A stretch of DNA of 63,308 nt, counting the filler, from Chiloscyllium plagiosum (taxonomy: Eukaryota): assembly GCF_004010195.1 (NCBI RefSeq). It is 5 parts of one record of this genome, joined end to end, with 100 filler letters (N's around TTAATTAATTAA, not from the genome) between each part and the next. Parts side by side here need not be neighbours in the genome. Positions count along the whole stretch, not along the records: positions 11,481 to 26,357 come from NC_057714.1; 4 more parts are not named here. One strand, 5' to 3'. The translations under genes and the position numbers were made by a program. Positions 13,501 through 24,890 of this stretch are shown in pieces. Position 1 is the stretch's first letter, and the number at the start of each line of letters is the position of its first letter. The notes under the pieces were generated by a model. It was not told the DNA's origin. It ran no database searches and saw only the letters and a program-made list of their open reading frames with translations.

Positions 13501-13828
13501 GAGTCTATGTTCACACTGACCACAACAGTTTATGTTCTGGTAAAAATTCAGAAATTATACAAAGGTAAATTATTAATTTTACATTTGCGATTAATAGAAT
13601 TTTATCAATCAATGGAATTATGGGACATGGGACGAAGGTGGGTATGTGGGACAGAATTTAACAGACTTCAGCCAGCAGGTTTGCAGGCTGAGATGTCCCA
13701 TAAAATTGCCCTGGTGACCTTCCTCCCATCCTTTCACTGGGCCCTCAGTCTGTCTATGACTGGGGGATGGACAGGTTCACCCTGAGTTGAAGTCCATAAC
13801 TGGCAAACTGCAAGGTTAGTGGAAGTCA

Positions 13829-13895
13829 GGCAGGTATCTGACCGAAACTGGCAGGTATCTGACTGAAACTGGCAGGTATCTGACTGAAACTGGCA
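13829..13895. repeat. 21-bp tandem repeat x3
   Basis: ggcaggtatctgacYgaaact at 13829, 13850 and 13871. Confidence 0.95.
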
Positions 13896-14465
13896 TGTTA
13901 CCCTACTTGAGCCTCTGGTGGCAAAGTGTTGGGGGTGTGGGGCCTCCACATGACCCTCTTTACAATCAGGATTCCCCCAAGTCCTCCTCATGTTCAGCCA
14001 CCCCCAGTGCTCCTTTTCCCCCAGTCCTCTTCATCACAGCCCTCACTTCCATGGAACCCTTGAGGGACTAAATGGTTTAGTCCTGCTCCTATGTTCAGTA
14101 GACTGAAATGTGTACCTTTCATTTTATGCACACACTTCCAAAACCCATCAAGTTGTTATTGGTAATTTTAGTATTGCATACCTATAAGATTATTAGTGCT
14201 TTAATCAGTATCAACCTACATTTAAGTTTGAACACATGTTTAGAAGACCATTAGTCAGTAATTTTGATTTGTGTAACACAAATGTTACAACAGCCAATTT
14301 ATAGAGTAAATGAAATTAAGTGAAAATTATGCCAATTATATTAATAATTACAGGTTTAAAAACACAAACTCAGGATCAGAAAATGTGGTATAGGCATTGA
14401 CCAAAGCATTGGCATTGACCAAAAAGGTTAACTGGACACATCAATAGCTCAAAATCTATATTTAC

Positions 14466-14561
14466 CTGACTGACAATTTCAGAAGCTTTCTTCGCACATT
14501 TCATGTCAAGAATATCAGAACTCAGTTCCATCCCTTTGCCTTTGATTTTTCTGTATTCTTT
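14466..14561 (-). pseudogene. NEBL: Nebulette-specific exon with in-frame 15-nt deletion
   Basis: aatgcag|KEYRK-----IKGKGMELSSDILDMKCAKKASEIVSQ|gtaaa, 96 nt; recalled human KEYKKDLENEIKGKGMELNSEVLDIQRAKRASEMASE. Confidence 0.85.
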
Positions 14562-14693
14562 CTGCATTATTTAAAATTAATATCTGGGATTTATTAAACC
14601 TTAAATAATCCTTAACCATAATGAGAAGAGACTTTTCAGAGAACATGTTAATTTCCTGAACGACCAAATCACATTACGATTAAGCGAATGTAT

Positions 14694-14796
14694 CTCATTT
14701 AATATCTGAACTGCATTTTTTTCACTCGAATCAGGTCTGGTGTATCTTCAAACTGAGTGAGTCCTTTTCCCTTTACACACTCTTTCTATATTCTCT
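14694..14796 (-). pseudogene. NEBL: Nebulin-repeat pseudo-exon: two frameshifts and GT>AT donor
   Basis: ccttcag|REYRK(~10-nt deletion)ECVKGKGLTQFEDTPDLIRVK(A7 run, +2)NAVQILNE|ata. 103 nt versus 111 nt for its sister exon at 14962-15072. Confidence 0.88.
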
Positions 14797-14961
14797 CTGA
14801 AGGAAACACTGGTGTTTGTTTAAGCCATCTTTTTGAAAGCAAAATGTGTGCAAAATGAAGGCTAATATTTCAACCATTTATTCAGATTTCACTTCAATGG
14901 GAGCAAATTATAATCAGAGACACATTCCGAATTCAATAATTTCAAAATTAAATGCAATTAC

Positions 14962-15072
14962 CTCATCTAATATCGGGGATGCATGTTTAATCCGTGTCAT
15001 GTCAGGTGTGTCTTCCACTAAAGTTAGTCCTTTTCCTTTCATGTTTTCTTCCCAGCCTTTTCTATATTCTTT
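14962..15072 (-). pseudogene. NEBL: Nebulin-repeat exon (frame and splice sites intact, within decayed cassette)
   Basis: cttttcag|KEYRKGWEENMKGKGLTLVEDTPDMTRIKHASPILDE|gtaatt, 111 nt, phase 0. Confidence 0.85.
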
Positions 15073-15974
15073 CTGAAAAGATAACTGAGTAAATTTGGCT
15101 CATATAAAGATCACTTCTATAAATATTTTCAGGATTTTGCATTTTAACTCAATTATTTAAATTTTCCAAAGAATAAAGGTCAATTTTCTCAAAAAGCTTT
15201 TTAACCACATTGACTGCATGACCTAAAACATTGTCAATCGAAGCATATTAATCTTTACATTCAGTTGGAACCCATTGATTGCTGTATCCCTGCTACAAGT
15301 CCCAAGTCATCCGCAAGGTGAAATAAATGAGGCAATACTAATATCATCACTAGCAGTATGTGAAAAAGGCACTGGCCTAGAAAGGTATTACTTCCAACAG
15401 CAAGATAATCACTTTTAGAGCCAGAGGTTATTGACTATGGCAGGTAGGGTGCCAAACGTGTGCTGTTGAGACTGTTGAGTTAGCAGCTCTAAGTGACTGC
15501 ATCTTAACATGGGTTCCCACCCTTTAAAGGGACTGGGGCCCCTACAATGGCTAGTGATTGCGAGATGCTTGAGCAAATGACAATTGTTTCCGAACCCACT
15601 ATTAAAACACTTATCACCATCGGATGTTTCTTATCATTTATGTTTGATGTACCATTTCTCTTTAGATTTACATTTCACTTTGGAAAAGTATTGTTATCTA
15701 AGGTAATGGTTCTGATATGGTTAATGCTAAAGATGGCAATAAACTCCACCAAAAGGCAGGACACCTCTGAATCGCAAAGGAGATAGACCTACCATCTAGG
15801 TCTTCTCAGTCTTTAAAACAATGTCTTTCTTGTCCATGTAACTTGTACTTGATTGTTATCACTAAATAAACTCCATCCTGTTTAAGACAAGAGCATCTTC
15901 ACATTGTATTACTAAGTAATTTTTTTCTCTACCACACTGGACAAAGCTGGCTCGTTTGGATCCCCACCTAAAAA

Positions 15975-17000
15975 ACTGTAAAAATTTCAACTTGATTATA
16001 TCTGATTATCTGTAACTTACTTTGTTCTAGGTTAACTACAAAGATAAAGTTATTAAAGAGATTAATAAAAGGAGGCTTTACTTCAATCCCCAGGAGTATT
16101 CCCTTCAAACAATTACAAGCTACATCTGCTCTTGCAAGTGATGTAAGCAGGATTTGTAAAAGATTCATGACCAGCCTCTCCATTACATGACAAAACTTGA
16201 CATCTTCCATATTTGTCCTTTTCTTGGCTGTCAAATAGTTTCTTCGGCTCATTTGCTGAATTGAATATATAAAATTCCAGGCTCCTGAATTGCTAATATC
16301 TGAAGCTTCTGGAAGTAGAACTGCTGCCTGGTTTCACATATTTAATAGTTATACATGAATGCTGCTGACCAGTGTCCAATTTGAATATCCATGTCCCCCT
16401 AGCAGTTTTAAACACCACTAGCAAGACTTTTAACCAACTAAAGTTGAGGAGATACCAGTGTATTTTAACTGTCTGCTCAGGGAACCCTTCTAAACTCAAC
16501 AAATAGAACTTTCCAATCGTAGAGGAGGTGAGAAAAATGGCAAGAGGGGAAACCTAACTAAGCCAGAGTCAAAAAATACAAATTTCAACGGCAGGACAAA
16601 ATTCAATAGTATTCACCATCTTAAAGGCTGTATTGACTTTCTCAATTGTATGAACGCTTGCACTGAGCTAAAGTTCATCAAAGATCCTCAGACAGCACCT
16701 TCTAAACCACGACCACTTCCACCTAAAAGGACAAGGGCAGCTGACACAGGGGAACACCATCAGCTGCAAGTTCCCCTCCAAGTCATTCACCATCCTAACA
16801 TGGAAGTATATCGTCATTCCTTCGGTGTCATTGAGTTAAAATCCTGGAATTCCCTCCTTAAGGGCATTGTGGGTCAACCTACAGCACGTGGACTGCAGCA
16901 GTTCAAGAAGGCAGCTCACCATCACCTTGTCAAGGGCAAGTAGGACAAGCAATAAATGCTGACCAACCAGTGAAGCCAATGTACCATGAAAGTGAATTTA
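15975..17000. repeat. Left arm of ~1-kb diverged inverted duplication (partner 23860-24890)
   Basis: Co-linear reverse-complement matches, e.g. ttatctgtaacttactttgttctaggttaactacaaagataaa vs 24818-24860, catctgctcttgcaagtgatgtaagca vs 24715-24741, and tgaagcttctggaagtaga vs 24544-24562. Confidence 0.85.
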
Positions 17001-17643
17001 AGGAAAGGATAGTAGATGTAAGTCTGGCTCTTTCAACAAGATGCCAGTGGTGGTTGTCAGAAAATGTAATTTAGCTAGACAACAGGTGTGTTACCCAGTC
17101 CTTCAGTTACTTCATACTTCAAAAAGTATGACTGGATGGTCTCGTAAACCTGGACTCCCATTTGGAAAAAAAATTCTGAATCCTGTGTCAAACGTTATTC
17201 CAGTTTGGATATACTGTCAGTTTTTTCTAGGCCACATAATGGAACCATTGCCTTGCAAGTTGAGGGTGGAGGAAAATAAAGCAGAAAAAACAAAATCACT
17301 CAAAGCAAACCACCACTTTCTCAAATTCAACTAGGGAGAGGCAAAAATGCTGGGCCAGCCTGCAACAAGCACATCCCAGAAGTGAATAAAACCCCTTTAA
17401 AAAGTGCCAGTGCTGTGTACAAAAACAATGTGTACAAAACAATTGATCAAATCAAATTGTTTATTAAAGATAATGAACTGGAAAGAGCAACCAAAATCCT
17501 TAAATAAATGTGTATATTTCTGAGATTTACAATGAAAAATACTATATAATACAACTTTAAACATTTTTAACATTTATTAGATTCCAGTTACATCGATCCT
17601 GTACTTGTCATCTGTAGGGTGAGAAATACCTGTATTTGTTGTA

Positions 17644-17833
17644 GATTAGATTACTTACAGATTAGATTACTTTTAGATTAGATTAGATTAGATTAGATTA
17701 GATTAGATTAGATTACTTACAGTGTGGAAACAGGCCCTTCAGCCCAACAAGTCCACACCGACCCGCCGAAGCGCAACCCATACCCATACCCCTACATTTA
17801 CCCCTTTAACCTAACACTACGGGCAATTTAGCA
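17644..17833 (-). mobile_element. HE1-like SINE 3' fragment with expanded (ATTAG)n tail
   Basis: Reverse complement of the 11080-11211 tail. Confidence 0.85.
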
Positions 17834-17864
17834 TTATTTACAGATATTAAAGAGTGAATCTTAC

Positions 17865-17975
17865 CTCATTAAGGAGGCTGGTGACATGTTTAGCATGCAA
17901 GTAACCTGGAGTCATATCAAGGTCCACTGGCACACTGCCTTTGATCCACTCATCAAAATCTTTTTTGTACTCTTT
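17865..17975 (-). pseudogene. NEBL: Nebulette-specific exon (frame and splice sites intact, within decayed cassette)
   Basis: attag|KEYKKDFDEWIKGSVPVDLDMTPGYLHAKHVTSLLNE|gtaaga, 111 nt; similar to recalled human KVYKEDFEKEIKGRSSLDLDKTPEFLHVKYITNLLRE. Confidence 0.85.
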
Positions 17976-18744
17976 CTAATCGGCAGAAGAGCAAGTATGT
18001 CAGAATTTTCACATTCACGAGGCATGATTCAGGTTAAAGAAAAATGTTTGCTCTTTATTTTGTAAACAGATAAATAGATGACAATGATAATCACGTTTTC
18101 GATTTACAGCTACGTCAGAAATTACAGCACAGTGGAAAGCTTTCGACTCATCCTACTTGTGCTGATTCTTTGAAGTGTAGTCATGCTTAGTCTCACACAC
18201 ATACCTTCACTTGGAATCTTGTAAATTCCTCACCTTCAAGTATCTGTCCATCTCTTAAAATTAGGAATCATCATGCATCATCGCCTCAGATAAAGTTGTC
18301 CAAGTGCCAAGAATGATTAGTGAAAAAAAATCTTCATCTTCCCTTTTGTCCCATATCTTTTGTTAATGATTTCAAATTTATATCTCTGGTTATTGGCTCA
18401 TTAGCCAGAATGGACAATTTTTCTTTGTCTATCAAAAAATCTCATTCTCATGACAATCTCCATTTGGTTATCTCTTAACATTCTCTGTTCTGAGGAGGAC
18501 AACCCCAACTTTATCAATCTCTGCCCTTAACTGAATTGCTCACTCATGGTATTGTCCTGTAATAGGAAAGGTTATACCACCGAGCATTTATTAACACATT
18601 AGGCTCAACAAAATGATCTTATTGATGAGAATAGGTCGTTTCTCATCACCCATTCATGGCAAGGCCTGATTTCCTTTTGATGTAATGATAACAAACAGCA
18701 TTATAAAAAGCAGTGAACAAGTAACCAAAAAACTATCTCTTTAC

Positions 18745-18852
18745 CCCACTTCAGATGGATTGTGCCTATTTTGCAACTTCATAACTTGGAGTCTCAGTAA
18801 ATTCCATCATTGACTTCCCTTTAGTTTTTTCATATGCTTCTCTGTATTTGAT
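18745..18852 (-). pseudogene. NEBL: Nebulette-specific exon with two in-frame stop codons
   Basis: tattgcag|IKYREAYEKTKGKSMMEFTETPSYEVAK*AQSI*SG|gtaa, 108 nt. TAG at 18768-18766 and TGA at 18753-18751. Recalled human counterpart VKYKEEYEKNKGKPMLEFVETPSYQASKEAQKMQSE. Confidence 0.9.
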
Positions 18853-18944
18853 CTGCAATATGCAAGAGTATTCAGGAGAAAGGCCTGAGGGGAAATGAAT
18901 ATTTTTCTGGTATTTGATTTATTAGAATGTACAGCTTATAATAC

Positions 18945-19049
18945 CTGACTCTGGAGTATCGCATTCTCCTTATGATGAAACTGTTCTGAAGTATCTATTG
19001 CCAAATGGTAATATCCTTTGCTTTTTTCAAACTCTTTCTTGTACTCATG
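18945..19049 (-). pseudogene. NEBL: Nebulette-specific nebulin-repeat exon (frame and splice sites intact, within decayed cassette)
   Basis: ttcttcacag|HEYKKEFEKSKGYYHLAIDTSEQFHHKENAILQSQ|gtat, 105 nt; similar to recalled human YKKLFEENKGMYHFDADAVEHLHHKGNAVLQSQ. Confidence 0.85.
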
Positions 19050-20306
19050 CTGTGAAGAAAATGGGGCACACGATAATGTCAAATCCAACCTATTTGCCAA
19101 CAAGTTATGAGTTCATTTTCCACATGTTGAAGTCAAAACAATTCAGTGTTAGCAGCTGCCACTAAATTATTTCTGCTAAGATATTCTCTTCTCTCAAATT
19201 TGATTTAATAATGTTACAAAGAAGAACGTCAGGAATTGATGCCTGAAGTTTGCAGCAGTGGCTTGAGGCCTGTTGGTATTCACAGGCTGTAACACAATGG
19301 GCCAGCAAAAACAGCAGACTAATATTTCCAGAGGCAATAAAGAAAAAATAGAGGACAGGGAGACTGAAGTTAACAACTACCGTGCAGAGTTTCTGACTTA
19401 CATTGCTAGGTCACTTAAGTGCTGGTTAATTGCCCTTTCCATGTGGGAGGGTGCACGGTGTAGGGGAAGGTGAGTTTAAAACATTATATTGACAGATTTA
19501 GAAGCCACAGGAGGGTTGCTTCAGCAAAATCTGTCAACTGTTACATTTGGCATTAAAAAGGAGTTATAAATGCAACAGTTATCAAATATGGTCAAATCAA
19601 CATAGTGAGAGTAATGTTGTAAAAATGATTTTGCATGTATCAAGTCTAAGAAGTGATCTTAGATAATGCCAGTCCAATTTAAAATGTTATGTTATTTCAA
19701 TCCATTGTTTATTATGTTTGTTAACACAACTTAATATGATGTAGAAAACTCAAAATTTATTAATTTGGGGTATTTCGTATAAAGTAATTTTGGAATACAA
19801 TGATTTCAGTTAAGATATTAGAGTAATTTGTGAACATTCCAAAAAACACACTTCCAAAAATTGTCATTTCATTCAACTATAGATTTGTTTGCTAGTTGCT
19901 TACCAAAAACAAACTTCATAGGAACTAGGCAGGCAATTCACTAATTTCATCCTCCCACACTTCAGTTCCAAAAATCAAGTTCTGCTTGATGCAAAGTGTA
20001 AATTAATGAGTTATACCTTTCTATCCTAACAAAACTCATAAATGAATAGCATTTGTTGATTTTCTGTCACTTTTTTTTTCAAAACAAACTTGATCTTTTT
20101 TTGCTCATGTGAGAGATGCAAACTTTGGAGAACAGAACATTTGTGCCCAATGCTTGTATCTAGTATGCCCATATTAACAACTCTGCCAACTTTGCTCACC
20201 CCCTCTCACATGTTTACTTCTGCCTTTCTCGAACTTGGTTATCTCCACCTTTTACAATAACTGGACATAACTTCATAAAAGTATAGGAGGTCTAAAAACA
20301 AAACTC

Positions 20307-20411
20307 ATCACTTTGCAACTTGCTAGCTGCCAATACATGCTCTAGATGCAATACTTTGGGGTAATTTGATGCTGTCTGATCCATTTTTGTACGATCAGTT
20401 TTGTATTTCAC
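20307..20411 (-). pseudogene. NEBL: Nebulette-specific nebulin-repeat exon, splice donor lost
   Basis: tattttcag|VKYKTDRTKMDQTASNYPKVLHLEHVLAASKLQSD (105 nt), similar to recalled human VKYKKDIQNMHDPVSDLPNLLFLDHVLKASKMLSG. Followed by gagttt rather than gt. Confidence 0.85.
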
Positions 20412-20606
20412 CTGAAAATATGAAGCAAAACTTAAATGTAAAAGGAAATTTCAGATCTGGTTTTTTATGTTTCTGTGACCAACAGTGTCTTGAAATGTTC
20501 TGAAGCAGATTCTTACTGGATTCAAACTTTAACTCTGTTTCTCTCCTCACAGATGGTGCCAGACTTGCTGAGTTTCTCCAGTGTTCTCTGTAGCATTTGC
20601 ATTAAT

Positions 20607-21120
20607 AGAGTCATAGAGCTGTACAGTCCAGAAACAGACCCTTCAGTCCAACTGGACCACGCCGACCAGATATTCTAAATTAATCTAGTCCCATTTGCCA
20701 GCACTTGTCCCATATCCCTCTAAACCCTTCCTATTCATATACCCACCCAGATGCCATTTAAATGCTGTAATTACACCAGCTTCCACTATTTCCTCTGGCA
20801 GCTCATTCCATACACACACCACCCTCTGCATGAAAACATTGTACCTCACGTCCCTTTTATATCTTTCCCCTCTCACCTCAAACCTATGCCCTCTAGTTTT
20901 GGACTCCTTTACCCTGGGAAAAAGACCTTGGCTATTCACCCTATCCATGTGCCTCATGATTTTATAAATCTCTATAAAGGTCACCCCTCAGTCTCCCTAC
21001 TCCAGGGAAAATAGCCCCAGCCTATTCAGCCTCACCTAATTGCTCAAACCCTTCAATTCCAGCAATATCCTTGTAAATCTTTTCTGCAACCTTTCAGGTT
21101 TACCAGCATCTGTCCTATTG
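20607..21120 (-). mobile_element. CR1 LINE 3' fragment
   Basis: IEIYKIMRHMDRVNSQGLFPRVKESKTRGHRF...WNELPEE. Confidence 0.9.
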
Positions 21121-21327
21121 GAGTATTTGATTTGTGCTGTCATATTTTCACTGTATATTAAGGGAGTGGATCTCTCTCATATTCACAAATACAGAGCACT
21201 CTGATGGCAATGTGATGAAATCAATAGCATCTGTGACCTGCAAGACAACCAGTATGCAATTCTCTCCAACTGTTTGTGGCGTCAAGTTCCAGTCCAATCG
21301 CTGGTATATTTCAGAAATAATCTTTGG

Positions 21328-21633
21328 ACGGCATGATGACTCAGTAGTTAGCACTGCGGCCTCACATCGCCTGGGATCAGGGTTTAATTCAAACCTCAGG
21401 TAACTGATTTGTGGAGTTTGCACATTTCACCATGTCTGCATGGGTTTCCTCTGGGTGCTCCAGTTTCTTCCCACAATCCAAAGATGTGCAGGTTATGTGG
21501 ATTAGCCATGGGTAGTGCTGGGTTACAAGGATAGAGTAGTGAGTTGGGTCTGGATGGGATGCTATTTGGAGGTTGGGTATGGACTCAACGGGCCAAATGA
21601 CCTCTCCCACACTGTAGGGATTCTATGATTCTA
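21328..21633 (+). mobile_element. Older HE1-like V-SINE
   Basis: tRNA head, V-domain gtggagtttgcacatt...gggtttcctctgggtgctccagtttcttcccaca, attctatg tail. Confidence 0.8.
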
Positions 21634-23859
21634 ATAACCTCCCACGATGGTTCTCAGTTGGTTAGAGATTGCTGCAATGAGATTTGCAGATTCTGTTGCT
21701 GATCAATGTTCCTCACTGTTTACCTGGAACTTACAATTCTGTTAGCTTGTCCACAGCCTGTAGCTGCTCCTCTAACTTTCTGCAATAGTTCCTCTGCAAC
21801 TGCATGGCTCAATGCCATTCTAACGTCACTCTCAAGACATCATTGAATGTTGTGCACTGATGCATCCAGTCAGCATTCTCTTCAGAGTTTTACCCTCAAA
21901 ACCAACCCCATGATTCCCCAAGTCCTCCATCAAGCCATGTTCCTCCCCTGCCTCCCTCTCTACCCAGTCCACCTATCACGGGGAGGTTCATTGTGTGTGG
22001 CATGTTGTAATCACAATAAAAATGGACTATGGATATTCAACTTCCATCAGCTGATTTCTTTAGACCTTCATGAACTCTCAATAGTTTTAAAAAGAACAAA
22101 CACTAATAACCGTAATAAAGGATAAAATGGTTGGTATGATCACCTGTCCATTTTGAGAAAGGTTCCTGAAACAAGCAGTGAACAAGGATCAATCATAACC
22201 CAAATTAACCTAATTATAAACAGCACTAAAACTCAAATCTGAATCTCATATCTTATTCACTCCTTTCTAAAAGTCATACCTCAAGTTGAAAGGTTGTCTG
22301 CAGAATATATGGCTTGGAAAAGCAATGAACAGATTCAGGGATTTACAAATGGACCTTCATCAATTGCTACTTCTGACCTCAAAAGTCAGCACCCAGTTTA
22401 AAAAAAACTTTGAAAAACCATACACTGAGAAACCATGCAACAGCTAAATCATTTGGACTCGGGTTTTACTTTTGCAACTCAAGGACTCTTAACCTACAAC
22501 TAGCTGTACCTTTCTGTCTATACAGACATGCTCCTCACAGCCTCTTCTTTTTCAGTTTATGGACTATGTTGCATGTATAAGTTGGGTGTTACTTTTTCTT
22601 GTTTTCTAGGATTTAAGTGCTAACAAAACTCAATGTTCTTTTACTCAAGAGGAGTTTGGCATTGGCTCTCCAGTCAATGACGTTTAACTGAGGCATGCTG
22701 GTTACGTGCTAAACAAAAACTTGCATATTTGTTCTGAACCAAGAAAACAAGACAGACAGTCTTCCCTCCTCACCTGGTTGTCACAGGCCCAAAGGTGAAC
22801 TCCTTACAATCATTTTGTATTGCCGGCAGTACTCAAAGCCTTCTGGATTGAGCTAAGAATCAAATCTTTCTCCCTTCACCAATGGTGATGTCCATTTCTC
22901 AGCCATGACACAATGCTAATCAGCCCACAATGCACTGTGGCCCTGCCCATCCAAAAAATCGTCTGCCCACTTTGGGCAATGTCCTTTCACCAACCCCTGT
23001 GACCTCTTTGTGATGTCACAGTGCAATTCATAATTATTGTGAATATTTTCGACCCTCTTCGGTCATTCAACAGGAATTCCATCCCCCCGCCCCCTCAACA
23101 CCCACTGTATTTCACCCATATCATCTTGTCATTCCCATTGTCACATTACCCTTGAACCTCTTCCCATTTCCAAAGATGGGCTCAATATTTACATTGACTT
23201 CTTTACTCTACCTCGTGAACCCCTAAATATTCAGAATCCAATGCCTTTCCTGACTCCGGTCCCTCACACTCAAAGACACATACATTCTCACCTTTTGTCA
23301 TCCCTCCCCACAAGACCATACATTCCCCACCCACGATTCTGCAACTCCCACCCTACCCCATCTATCTCCTCACCGTGACTGTGAATATATTCTCTGTCGT
23401 GCAGCACCAACTGACAGACGCCAATACAGAAACATTCTTTAACTACCATGTCCTGGAGAACCAGTTTTGTACGATGCATCCTTCCTTGGCAACAATCCAA
23501 ATAAACCAGAACAGGGGAGATAGCAACCCTTCCACCACTGCCCAGACATTGCACCTGCTTTCCTGCAGCCACAAGCACTCTGCTCCCTTGTGCTGCACTT
23601 AGAAATCTTCCAGCGCAACTCAATCAAACTTTGATTTGATGTTTATCGTTACAAGGACAAAGCAGCTAAGTACTTCTTCCAAGATTGAAGAAGTCAAGTT
23701 TGCCAAAAAAGATCTTCTGTATACAGCCTGAAATCTGCAGGAACAGATTTCTCTCAATTGTAACAAACTTAGTTGGGAGCATGCATATAATTCAGTGAAT
23801 GTGTTTGCTATAAAATATAAAAAAGGCATCCAGATGTACTTCACAACAGCTGCAAATGT

Positions 23860-24890
23860 TTTTATTCATGGGATGAGAGCGTCACTGGGTGGGCCAACAT
23901 TTATTGCCCATCTCTAGTTGCTCTTCAAGTGCTCTTTAAACTGTAATTGTGAGCTGCCTTCTTGAACTGCTGCAATCCATGTGCTGTAAGTTGACCTACA
24001 ATGCCCTTGGGGGTATTTCCAGGATTTCAAAGCAGCGACAGTGAAGGAATGGTGACATATTTCCAGGTCAGGATGGAGCGTGGCTTCGGGAGGGAATATA
24101 CAGGTGGTGTTCCCAAGTACCTGCTGCCTTTATCCTTCTAGATTGAAGTGGTCGTGATCTGGAAGGTGCTGCCTGAGGATCTTTCGAGAATTTCTGCTCA
24201 GTGCAACTGCAAATGTTCATGCAAATGAGGAAGTCAATCTATCCTTTCAGACGCAACTTAATTACTAAATTTTATCCAGATGTTAAAATGTTGATGTTGC
24301 GACTCTTGCTTAAATTAGATTCTCCACTTGCCATTCTTCTCAACTCTAGGATTGGAATGTTCTATCGATGGACTTCAGAAGGAGTCCCTGAGCATTTACT
24401 TAAACTGCTCTGGTATTTCCCCAACCTTAAGATTGTTGAAATTCTTGCTAGTGGTGGTTTAAGACTGATAGGTGGACATGGATATCCCAACTGGACAATG
24501 GCATTCATATGTAACTCGTAAATGTAGGGAACTAGTCAGCAGCTCTACTTCCAGAAGCTTCATATTTTAAACTTCCAGACTCCTGGATTGTCATACATTC
24601 AATTCATCAAATGAGCCAAAGAAACTATTTAACAACTAATAAAATGACAAATATAGAACATGTCCAAGTTTGTCATGCAACAGGGGGGAATGACCAAGAA
24701 TCTTCTACAAACCATGCTTACATCACTTGCAAGAGCAGATGCAGCTTGTAATTGTTTGAAGGAAACATTCTCCTAGGGATTGAAGTGATGCCTCTTTTCT
24801 TTAATCTCTTCATTAAATTTATCTTTGTAGTTAACCTAGAACAAAGTAAGTTACAGATAATTTGATAAAATCAAGTTGCAAATTTTACAC
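23860..24890. repeat. Right arm of ~1-kb diverged inverted duplication (partner 15975-17000)
   Basis: See the left arm; includes the LINE 3' end plus ~600 nt of otherwise unique-looking sequence. Confidence 0.85.

Noticed and set aside
23670..23727. Possible further nebulette exon relic (tttcag|AVYRRSFLANLTSSILEE, minus strand)
   Set aside because: Only faint resemblance to the AKYK...ADLSNS module, with no recognisable rest of the repeat or a correct-length donor.
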